This document shows positions 51,457-62,882 of a stretch of 64,000 nucleotides of DNA, one piece after another; position 1 is the stretch's first letter; the number at the start of each line of letters is the position of its first letter. The notes under the pieces are model-generated. The model saw only the letters and a program-made list of their open reading frames with translations. It did not search any database and was not told where the DNA came from. Origin of the DNA: Hydrolagus affinis (lineage: Eukaryota); assembly GCA_012026655.1 (NCBI GenBank), contig JAAILG010000406.1, positions 1 through 64,000 on the forward strand, in the 5' to 3' direction. Made by a program: the position numbers and the translations under genes.

Positions 51457-53244
51457 CTTGGGTGATTTTCCCAGAGATATCAGCTGTGTCCTCGCCACTG
51501 TTCCATGCAGTAATTTTCAGCTCGCGATGGCCCGGTCACCCCTGTATGATACAATATGACAGCACAATTCACATTCGTATAGAGCTCTTCACTTCCAAGA
51601 AGATGTCTTAAAGTATGTAATCATATTAATAATAATCCTTGCTTTTGATATAGCGCCTTACCAACTCTTCGAGACGTCTCAAAGTGGTTCACAGTGGCTG
51701 AAGGCACAGTCGAGCAGGAGGGTCTTGAGTTAAGATTAACTATGATCTGTGTTAATAGAGGTTGTTTAAGTTTATTTTACCTCATAGCAAGCTCTTTGAT
51801 TGGCCAACAAAAGAAATGCTTCTCGACCGAGTGTTTCTTTATTTATTCCATAAGCCTATGCTGCGTTCGTTGTTTCTACGAACATTTTTGTTGATCCACT
51901 GAAAAGGTCACTGCACAAATGTGAGGATTACCATGATTGCCACTGTAATATTATCAGTCAGAATAATGAAACAGTTATCATGCCACAATTCACATATGCC
52001 CCGTTTCACCTCCCCCGCCCCAAAAATACAGCCAATACGCCTGGTGGTGTATTCCCTGAAGCGCATTGAGATGTCTCAATTGCTGTGCGCAATTGGCTGC
52101 CGCGATTCGCCCACAAATATACAGTCCATTCACTTTACAGTATATTCTGTGAAGCGCTTTGGGACGTCGATAAGATGTGAAAAGCTGCTAAATCAAATGC
52201 CAGGATTAGTATTCTTATTAGTCTCGGAGATGTGATAAGATGCTGTAGGTGTGGCTTCATGGATAACACAACTTGATGTTGGCTTCATGTGGTAGTTCAT
52301 GCGTTGGATGGTGAGATGGTGTTAGACAGGTTAGATAGTTTTCTTTTAGGAAATACATGGGATATATATTACATTAGATAGTTTGAGACATGCGTACAAA
52401 CGACCGCCAGGAAGGTGGAAGGCAAACTAACTGGACCTTCGGCTTATTTCTGTCCGGCATTTCTTATGTTCTTATGTGTTCTGGAGATCAGATGGGTTGC
52501 AAGGCCCCTTCTTAGTCCAGACAAATATTGTGAGCTTGTGAGGTCTGCCTTAGGTCACCTTGGGAAGGGGAGGTGCGTAGGGGGGGGCAGATATCGCAAA
52601 GATGTGCAGGATAGCTGGTTCAGACAGACAGCACGAAGGCAGACATCACAGAGGCGTATTGTTGGACACAATTAACCAGCTATCCGGTGCCATGGAAACT
52701 GTTGCCACTCTATCAGAATCAAATACAGTAAAAGCCAATCATCTACATGCTCATTTATTTACCCGCCTCGCTTTGAAATCATTCATCTGTCGTGCAGAGG
52801 GCAACTTCCAGAGAGATACAGAGAAGTCTGTCTTTACCTAGAGGGCAATTAATGAGTGGAACAAGCTGCCAGGAAAGTGGTTGAGGCCAAGACACTGGAA
52901 CCATTTAAGAAGCAACTTGATGCTGTGATGGTGGGTGGGGGTTGGCAACAAAATTACATTTGTACAGCGCCTTTCGCGTCGGGAGGACTTCCCAAGGTGC
53001 TGGACAGACAGCTGGACCACAGCTGGAGGTAGGGATTAGGGAGGTTGGAGGGCAAGGTAGTGGTGGGAGTTTGGAGGTGGGGGGGATGGGGGGAGGAAGG
53101 AAGATGATCGAGGTGGATTGTAGAGTGGATTGTCCTGGAGAGAAGAGATCCAGATGAGCCGAACAAATCTTGTAACTCCAGCTTGTCTTGCTTTCCTATG
53201 CAAAGAGCAAAATCCTATGCCGTTAACTGCACTTTCGGTCATCT

Positions 53245-53289
53245 TCCCTCCCTCCCTCCCTCCCTCCCTCCCTCCCTCCCTCCCTCCCT
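53245..53289. repeat. (TCCC)n tetranucleotide repeat
   Basis: Visible directly. Confidence 0.9.
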
Positions 53290-54530
53290 TGCTCTGCTCT
53301 GCTCTTCTCAGGATCCTGCTCAGTTTCTGCGTGCGTGTAATTAGCAGGCAAATGGTCTATTCCCGTTCAGCGAAACAATCTCTGTCTTATGTGAAAGGCG
53401 CTGTATAAGTGCAAGTGGGTTTCGTGGTTTTTCTGGGAGAATAAATGCATTCCCCAAATAGTATGTCACTGATGTCAAATCCCAAGTATAAAAGGACATT
53501 AACCAGAGCCTCCAGTGCTTTTGTCATTGGCGTAACAAACAAGTTAAAGGCAAATGAACTGGAGAATGAAATTAGTGTTTCAAATACGGACAAGAGCGTG
53601 AGTGACTGCATTTCTCACTTAGGCTTGGGTTGCTTCCTTCCGCTTTGTTACACGAATCTTGCTTTTTTTTTGTTTCCTCGGAAAAAAAAATGAAGCCTTG
53701 CATTTCGTCGAGCGCCTTTCACGTCAGGCACCCGTCTTGAAAATGCTTCATTGGATTTACTGTGAAGCGTAGTTACTGTGTTTTTGTAGGTGAACGCAGC
53801 TGCAAAGTCCCACAAACAGGGACTTTTCGCATCTTCTAGCCGTCTCAGAGCGGTTGACAGAATACACTGTCAAGTGAACTGACTGTATATTTGTGGGCGA
53901 AACGCGGCAGCCAGTTACGCACGGCAGAATGCAAGGATTCTGAATATTACCATTGGAAATTGTTGGAGCGGAATCTCAGTGTAGACAGTCACAGCGAGCG
54001 AGCTCCATCGCTTGACATGGAACCTGGACTCACAGACTTCTGCTTCCGAAGTCAGATGAAATCTCAAACGACTTTCAATAGCTGGTGAAGCTCTGGAAGT
54101 AAAAAGAATAGTGTGGCTTCTTGTTTATTCAAAAGGAAAAGATATTTAATCGCCAAAGCCTATGAGGAAGGCTCACAGTGTGGCTCGCTGCCGACCAATT
54201 ATTGAAGATGTACTTTAGTGTAAAGGATAGATTTCAAACACATTAGTTATCCACATGGAAATCATCAGATTGTGGAGTGGAAGAGGATGAATCCGATATA
54301 AAATGGCTATGCACAGCCAGAGGAAAGTCAGACACTGCCCTCTAGCAGCTGATAGAAATATTATACATTTGGACATAGGATCATGGAATATTACAGCAGA
54401 GAAAGAGGCCATTTGGCCCATCATGCCGATTGCCTGCTCTTTTGAAGAGCCTTCCAATCAACAACAACCACAACTTGCATTCATATAGGGACCCTCACAG
54501 AGACTGTTTTAACAGAATCAATTCCATGTT

Positions 54531-54820
54531 GGAGTCCTGTAGCTCAGTGGTTAGAGCACTGGCCTTACAAGCGGTTGGATTCCAGGCAGGGCAAAACCTT
54601 GGGCAAGTTTCCTTACTCCTCACGCCTGACAATAATCCCCCCCAAAATAATAATAAATTGACTGTTTCAATCCACGACTGCTTGTGGGACACTGCTGTGC
54701 GCAATTGGCTGCCACATTTTGTCCACATATATACAGTCAATTCACTTTACAGCATGTTCTGTGAAGCGCCTTGAGACGTCTAGAAGACATGAAGTGCACT
54801 GTATCAAATGCAAGGATTCC
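54531..54820 (+). mobile_element. Same SINE family, near full length
   Basis: GGAGTCCTGTAGCTCAGTGGTTAGAGCAC head, Deu core and tail. Confidence 0.85.
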
Positions 54821-55069
54821 TTACTTTTATTGTTAACATCGACGAAAACTAATTTGTCTTTTTAAAATTTAATTCTGGTCCATGCAGCATTTCCTGTCTA
54901 TTGAGGTAGAATTGAGTGGTTTAATATTTCCAGCAAACAGAATGATTGGCGTGGGGGGTAGTTGTTAACCACTCAACCACAAACTCAGCAAGACTGACAT
55001 AGATAAAAAATGAAAATACTCCAGATACTAGAGATCTGAAACAGATAACTATATATATCTGATATAGAT

Positions 55070-55350
55070 AATAATAATAATCCTTGCATTAGATATAGCG
55101 CTTTTCACGTCTTCTGAATGTCTCAAAGCGCTTCACAGAATATATTGTAAAGTTAATTGACTGTATATTTGTGGGTGAAATGCCGCAGATAGTTGTGCAC
55201 AGCAGTGTTCCACAAACAGCCGTGGATTAAAATGATTAATTTATTATAGTTATTAGGCATATGGAGTAAGTTTTTGCCCTGACCTGCCTGGATTCGAACA
55301 CAGGTCTTTACGCTTGTAAGGCGAGCGCTCTAACCACTGAGTGACAGGAA
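55070..55350 (-). mobile_element. Same SINE family, inverted copy
   Basis: Reverse complement of head, core and (ATT)n tail. Confidence 0.85.
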
Positions 55351-58300
55351 ACCACAACGATATTTCTGTGAGATATCTTCCAGGAGATAACTGCAGTCAG
55401 TAAGATCCCTCCCCACCAAAATAAATACATAAATAAATAATAGCGTAGCCACTCAATCCATGACTGTTTGTTGGACACTGCTGCGTTCAAGTGGCTGCCG
55501 TGTGCTACTGACTTTTTGTTTGCAGTGTTAATTGGTTTTTCAAACGGATCCCGTTTCCTGACCTCAACCTCCTTTCCTGGCAAACCCGTTCTAGTTGTTA
55601 ATCACCCTCTGGTCAAAGAAATATTCCTTGGCGTCCGTTCTGACATTACCCTTTGCACCTCTAAACTTGTGTCGCTTGTGTCGTCTCGCTCTCCCGTCTC
55701 AGTGCTTCCGAAAGTAAAACGGCAAGCTCAACAGAACCCGTCTGGCCTCTGACTGAACCAATACATTTAATTTGAAGTTCACGGAAAAGATCTGAATTGA
55801 ATTTCACGCTGACATTTAAGTACTACGATAATAATTGAACCCCAAAAGGCAACACCGAGTAACACGTCAGATGGTTTCCATAACGGATATCAAAAGATTA
55901 CAAAGTGAGGGGGTGGGAGGGGTGAGGGGGAGCTTGGTATCACGGTTCAGGTTAGTTTGATGTGAATGCCAGCTTGTCTCGAAACCATGACTGAATCACA
56001 GGCATTTTCCTGGTTAGGCATTGTTCAAAAGTATCTTTGCCGCTGTAAATTGTGGTGAATCATTTCAATCAAACTCAATGCGATTCTGAAGTTTCCTGAC
56101 TCCATACGCCTGAGTTTACCCAGCAGTAAGTAGGATCTCGGTTGTTAGTCGATTGATGGATCATTCTTCTGGGTTTAATAAATCCTTTGTTTAAAAAAAA
56201 ATTGGTCTCTAATCCACAGATGTTTGTGCGACACTGCTGGGCGCAGTTGACTGCCGCATTCCGCCCACAAAATATACGGTCAATTCACTTTACAGTATAT
56301 TCTGTGAAGCGCTTTAGACGTCTAGAAGAGGTGATAAGGCGTTATATAAAATGCAAGGATTATTATTATTGAAGCAAACCTTGATTGTCTTAGGACTCGA
56401 GGAGACATGATGGGTTTGTTCTGTTGAGCGCCCCACAGAAGAGCAAACGGTCAAGGAACAAACATTACGTAAATTATTCCCTCATCCCTAAACTGAATAC
56501 ACAAGCCGGAATAGGCGCTGTACATAAATTGCGTTGTATCCTAATGGCCCTTTTTTTTAACAAAAAAGAATTTATATAAGCTCTCATGTTCCTAAAACTA
56601 ACTGTCGCACTCGTCATCTGTTTCAAAGCAATTCCAGTTTGTCATCATGATTGAACTTCTGTTGCTTCAATGATTGGAACCACTGACAACTTCGTGAGGT
56701 CTGGTTGTGTGATACACATAGGACATGTTTGGCATGTCCAATATGTCGGGGATGGTGGGAGTGGCGGGTGGGTGGTGTGGGGGACAGGGGGGGGTTGTTG
56801 AGGGGAGAGTTTGGGCTGACTCGTTATATAGAGATGAAATCACGCCAGGACTGAAATTGATTCTCCACAACAAAAGTTAACTAACTTAATGATTGCTGGC
56901 GCAGCACATTGAACAATTGCTTTAAGCGGGAAGTGACTGCAGGGCACTCCAGCCTCACACCTCTAGATAAAAAGTGACAGTCCGACAGTCGTTAGGTTTT
57001 CAAAAGTCATCTCAACAGACTGAAATATTTCGGTTGGCATTTGCTGCTTAACATCACGTCAATTAACCATCCAGTGTCTCTACTGTTTAGCCTCAATTGT
57101 ATCTCACTGTGCGTTGTGTTGAGAATTTCCGAAGACCGGGCTTTTATTGTGTGATAAGCAGGAATTAAGTGGCAAAATCAATTCATTCAAACCAGCAGAA
57201 GTGACTGAAATAAATCTGATATTTTATTTGCACTATTTCGAACGCAAGGATTATTACGATAAGCGTAGAATAAATTCTGGTTAATTGATTGCCAAAATAC
57301 ATCGGTCTTCTCTGGGTCTAACTGAAATCAACGCAACTGACTCCTGATGGACAATCACAGGGTCTTAGTGTGATTGTACCAGCGACTTCAATCTTTAGAG
57401 CTTCCGATGAACTTGAAAGAAATTGAGTGACTTTTCTCAACTACAACAACAACAACAACAACTTAAACTTCTCAGGTGAGAACTAAACACTATTATCTCA
57501 TCTAAAGGATGGCACCTCTGACCTTATTGTCCACTTACAGGAAAGCATTGGAGTATCAACCTAGACTATATATGACTTCCCGAAGCCCCAACGTGAGACC
57601 CAAACCAACAATACTTTGACTCAGAGGCAAAATTTCCATTCCGAGACAGGCTATCGTTGGTTGTTTGCCGCCAGAGGGGAGAAGGGGTGAAGGGTTTCTG
57701 CAATATATTCTGCAATCTGCGCAAATGGGTGAGAGAGAATTCACTCTCTGTGAATCAGGCATCTCCAGTTAAGTATGCCTTGATGTGACCTTTCAGTTTT
57801 GTTCATCTGATCCATTCCAGTTGATTGTCTTTATCAAGGTTGAGTGAACAGATTCCATTTTAATTTCCCTCTTTAGATGGTGATTTTCTTTGTCGTTCTT
57901 GCAACTAATTCAAAGTGCGTTTAGCGAGAGCTTCAATCCCTAAAAATAGTTTGAAGTGTGAAGGTTTGTTTATTTGATTGCATTCGCTATTTTAAACGAT
58001 TTAAATTTATTCAAGCAGCTGGTTTCAAACATTAAATGTGGAAAAGTCTTTTGAAATATTCCATTTTTATGTCTTGTTTTCTTCAGAGATTTTTTATAAA
58101 CCGCAGTCCAAAAAGAAACAAACTTTTCTATCATATAGACTGTGTGAACCATAGCTTCACTGGTCACAAGGTGATTCATAGTGCTGATATGTGAAGACTG
58201 AGTTCTAGATAAATTCACGAGTGAATGCTAGGATATTTTGATAATAAAATGCTATATCAACTGTAAGAATTAGTAGTTTATTAAATGTGTGATTCCGTCA

Positions 58301-58876
58301 GCCAAGTAATACTATGGGGGATTGTTGCATTTCAGACTATGAGTGACTGAGAATAATATTTATAATAATAGTGATATTCTTTGTATTTGATATAGCATGT
58401 CTTATCATTATATCAGATGATGCGCTATATCAAATGTCTTCCAGACGTCGCAAAGTACTTCACAAGAATATACTGCAAAGTGAATTAACTGTATATTTTG
58501 TGGGCGAAACACGGCAGCCAATTGCTCACCGCAGCTTCCCTCTGACAGTTGTGGATTGAGTAACCAGGAATTGAGTGTTCAATTCCTGATGTGGGGAGGT
58601 GGGGGAGAGGGTGGGGGGGACGGGTGGTGGGGAAGGGTTGGTGGATACTTGAACCCACAACCTTCTGACGCCAAAAGATAATCACTATTGAAGTGCAACG
58701 TTCGATTGTCTTTCTCATTGTTTAAGATAGTGAAACCACGAATGGGCGGAACGAGCTGGCGACTCTGTTCCTGCCAGAAATTATCTGGAGAAAAAAAAAC
58801 GAGCGATCCGATTGAAAAACGCAACGTTATCTGGATTCCCAGAAGTGACCGGAAGAAAATACTCTGATGAAGATTC

Positions 58877-59062
58877 TCAAAACAAACGGTCCCACTCGAA
58901 TAAAAATAACTTTATTTGCTCAAGATGCAGCTTCAAATAAATCGGGATGACAAGGCACGTGATAAGGCATCCAATTGTGGTTGCGGCAGTGTTGGCGGTT
59001 TGGGAGTGGTTGGAAAACTGGATGGCTCATGGTCTGTCTCTGTACCACAAGGCGTTCGTCAC
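58877..59062 (-). pseudogene. Degenerate duplicate of dispanin gene D exon 2
   Basis: VTNALWYRDRP*AIQFSNHSQTANTAATTIGCLITCLVIPIYLKLHLEQ...; in-frame TGA at 59029-59027; acceptor AG changed to AT; flanks align with 60134-60636. Confidence 0.8.
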
Positions 59063-59305
59063 ATAAAAATAAAAATCCTTAATCAATCGAGAGACTTTTG
59101 CCAAAAATTCAGAAGTGTCCACACATTTACATTCTGAAGGAAATTTTTTTTTTGCCTCTTTTGTGATTGAAAAATGATCCTTAAACTTGAAACCGCTGAA
59201 TGCGTAGGGACTATCTCATTTGTACACGAGCGCAGCAATTAGTTTATACACAGAAACGTACCACAAACAGTCATTGGATAATGTCTTCGATCCTCGGGGT
59301 TCTGT

Positions 59306-59405
59306 NNNNNNNNNNNNNNNNNNNNNNNNNNNNNNNNNNNNNNNNNNNNNNNNNNNNNNNNNNNNNNNNNNNNNNNNNNNNNNNNNNNNNNNNNNNNNNN
59401 NNNNN
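59306..59405. other. Assembly gap (100 N)
   Basis: Run of N; true size unknown. Confidence 1.
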
Positions 59406-60184
59406 AAGCAACCACCTCTAGGGATGGTTCAAGAAACCATCTTGAAGACGGAGAAACCATCCAACGTGAAGTAGGTGAAAGCTCATCTACCAACTGAAAG
59501 CAAGAATGGATTCGGGAAGAGAATCAGAAGGGACAGGAACTTGGGGTCGAGAACCATATTCCAGTTTCCAAAGAAGACTGTCAACCACTTTCTCCACACT
59601 CTCAAACTGTACCACAGTGCCTGTATATCGTTTTGCTGATCGAACGGGCAGCTGTATAGAAGGACACTGAATACTTTTTGGTGGACATTAAATTGGACAA
59701 TACATTGGACAATACCCTTCCATCTCTTCTGCAACATTTGGTTTGGCCGACCTTATCTCTACCTGGATACGTAAGCATTACTCTATTGTATTCTTTTAAC
59801 TACCTGTAACCATGACTAATTTGAATGAAGTAAAACTTGATTAAATGTGCAAGATTTGTGTCGGTCTTTACTTCACCGCAGGGTCAAATTGGACGCCTCT
59901 TGCAGTGCCAGCATTTTTTCCAGCAAGAAAACATATCTGGGAACACACCTGAATGATGTGATTGAAAATGCGCTGTTTTGGAATCTGGATTACCTGAAGT
60001 AATTTGTGCCAGTGCCTGCGACTTGCATCATGTAAAAAATGTTCCAAAATTGGACTGCATTGAAATGTGCGTTCCCAATGGAGCTTTTCCCTTTCGGTCA
60101 AGGTTAGATCCCAGATCTGTTCCCGACGTCGTTAAAGTGAGGAGGAAAATACGTGTAGAAAAACTCAAAAACAAATGCTCGCAC

Positions 60185-60367
60185 TCAAATATAAATATCT
60201 TTATTTGTTTGTCTCCTAACCTGTTCCATCAATTCCTGCAAATAATACCAGGTTACAAAAATTGTGAAAAGGCATCCAAATATAGTTGCGGTAATGTTGG
60301 TGTATTTGGCGTTGTAGGATGCCCGGATTGCTTTCGCCATGTTTCCAGATGCCACGGCGTTGCTCAC
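60185..60367 (-). CDS. CD225/dispanin (IFITM-like) gene D, exon 2 (122 aa total)
   Basis: ttttttAG| VSNAVASGNMAKAIRASYNAKYTNITATIFGCLFTIFVTWYYLQELMEQVRRQTNKDIYI*. Confidence 0.88.
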   Translation of the reverse strand: MSNAVASGNMAKAIRASYNAKYTNITATIFGCLFTIFVTWYYLQELMEQVRRQTNKDIYI

Positions 60368-60864
60368 CTAAAAAATAAAAATCCGCGAACAATTGAGAGA
60401 CTTTCGTTCAAATTCTGAAGGCATCCAAACTTTCACATTTCTGAAAGGAAAACCTCCTTGCCTCTTTTATAATCGGAAAATAATCCTTGCATTCGAAACC
60501 ACGCACTCTCGCCTCAAAGTGCTTCACAAGGATTTTACTGCATTGCTTAGGGACTATCTAATTTGTGCACAACAAGCGCGGAAACATATCATGGACAGTC
60601 ATTAATGGATTAATGTCTTCTATCCTTGGGTTTGTGTTTAATGCTTCATCCACTGACAATCTAATTGTTCCTTGAGAGTGTCCCACAAAGAGTACCGAAT
60701 TGACTGACCAATTTATCATTATGATTAATTTATTATTCTAAAAAAATGATAATCTTTTCCCCCCACACCGCTCCCCCCACCCCACTCCTTACCACCCCCC
60801 CCCCACACACACACACACACACACTGAACATATTATTGTAATCAGTTGAGATGCAATCACTAAC

Positions 60865-61050
60865 CTTGTAAGAGTAGCTACAAGCAACTAACCCGAGTGG
60901 GAGGCAACAACAGCTGGCATTGAAAATCGACCAACTCAAGAAGGTTGACACTGGGGCTCCAGATGGGTAATGTATTTGATTAATGTTATGTTGTTGTTGT
61001 TGTTGTTGTTGTTGTTGTAATGGCACTCCAGAATACACCACATCATTCAT
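60865..61050 (-). CDS. CD225/dispanin (IFITM-like) gene D, exon 1, with polyQ
   Basis: ATG at 61050: MNDVVYSGVPLQQQQQQQQQHNINQIHYPSGAPVSTFLSWSIFNASCCCLPLGLVACSYSYK; donor AAG|GTTAGT, phase 0. Confidence 0.9.
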
Positions 61051-62882
61051 CTCCACACTGCTGTCTCTTCAAAGCCTGATAATCAGATTCCTTTTGCACT
61101 GAGGCACCTCTGGCTTTCGGACTTGCTGGAAAGCGATCTCCTCGTTAGCTCCTCGATCGACAAATCTGAGTGATTCAGAGAAGACACACACGTTCCATAG
61201 TCTTTTTCCAAAATTCTTGCTTTCAAAGCAGCTCCGTGTGTGACAATGCGCGGTTAAAGCAACGCATGAGGGAACATAATATGTGGATCCGTGTAGATCA
61301 TCAATGCCACAACGTTTAAAGGTTGACGAGTGGATTAGGAAAACATCAGAATTGTTGCTAAATAATTAAATGATTATAAAATATATATAATAACATAATA
61401 CTAACCCGCGTACATTTATATAGCACTTTCCACTTCTCATCGAGCTTCACAGAGCGCTTCACAGAATACAACAACGTCCCAAGGTAGGGACCAGAGCAGT
61501 GGGGGGGTGGAGGTCATGGTGGAGGAAGGAGAGTAGGAAAATTGATTGTATATTTGTGGGTGAAAGGCGGCAGCCAAATTGCGCACAACAGTGTCCCACA
61601 AACAGTCGTAAGTTTTATTTATGTTATTTATTGACAATAATAATTTATTTATTTTTCGATGGAATTATTATGATATGAGATTAATAAAGCAAGCCATGTG
61701 TCGTGGAGCGACTGCCATTGAAAGCCGACTGCCGTGTGTCATATGTTGCATACTCACCTGAAACACTAGAACAATGAGAGGAACATTAAATTCAGAGATT
61801 GTCATTACCTCAAGGTCTAATCTAAGCGAGCTTTGGTTGGCTTCTGCCTATGCAGTCTGGATGTCGTCGACTTACACTTCCCGTGGAAGATTTGGTTATA
61901 AACTCAGCATTGGCGTATCAAAAAATCGAAGAGAGATTTCATCAGGAAGCTTTCTTTATAAGCCACTCATCACTGTGCCACCCATATTTCTCATTGGTGG
62001 AGCTTTAGATCTTTGGAGGTAGAGTATTTGACCTATATAGGATAGGGTATTTTCTAAAACCAAAACTGAGACACACATAATTTTTTTTTAGCATATTTTA
62101 TGGTTCTTGCTCAGTTTGTTACTGAATTTAAGACAGAGCAAATTTGACGCAAGGGACACAATACCTCAGATCTCACCCTTCAGTTGGGTAGCAATTAGGA
62201 CTCAATTTGAGAGGTTCTCACATAACCTTCTAATCTAATCCCACTGAGTTCATCCATCCCTCTTCCCATTCCTCTCCTCCTCCTCCTCTTGAATATCCCT
62301 CCCCAAGAATAGATCTAATTCCCTTCTAATAACCGGGAGTTTCCAAAACCATTTAATGCTGTGTTGCCAAAACAAATTAAACAGTGGAGGTGCATTCTAA
62401 CTGTTCCAATTCATGAATGCTGTGTTTGCAATGGCAGGTGTGGAGGCTTCTATAAATAGCTGGGAGACAATATTTTTCAGTTTGGCTTTGCTGGTGGAAG
62501 TTTGCGTTAGAGCCTCCAGCTTTGATTCTCACACAGTTACGTCTTCAATGCAGTGCGGGGAAAGCGTCTCCTAGCATGAACTTCGCTCACTTGGATTAAC
62601 AATTGAAAGCAATGTCTCGTTTGGCCATTCAGGATCCTACGGAACTATTTCGTAGAAGAACAGGAAATTCTCCCATTGTGCCTCCCAGCCCCATGACCCC
62701 CATCAGCGAATAGTCTAAATACAGCAAAAGATCCATGACATTATTCTACAAGGTTTGTTTCATCATCCAGTCTATTTGGCCAATAATCCATCAAAAAAAT
62801 TATCGATTTGTTTCCAAGCTGTTTGTGGGACATTGTTGTGCAGAAACTGATTACTCAATGTGCCTTATAATATGAATATAGT

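Noticed and set aside
56667-56873. Minus-strand ORF with a TATA-like motif as a further dispanin exon 1
   Set aside because: No WS/CC/PLG motif and it stops before any matching donor.
58864-58883. CTGATGA...CAAAAC as a hammerhead ribozyme
   Set aside because: Lacks GAAA and flanking stems; it is duplicated 3' flank of the dispanin exon.
59027-59029. In-frame TGA as selenocysteine or programmed read-through
   Set aside because: Aligns to Lys in gene D, not Cys; the acceptor is also broken; no SECIS evident.
59406-59850. Possible LTR-like fragment next to the gap
   Set aside because: No TG..CA pair, primer-binding site or second copy visible; needs a repeat library search.
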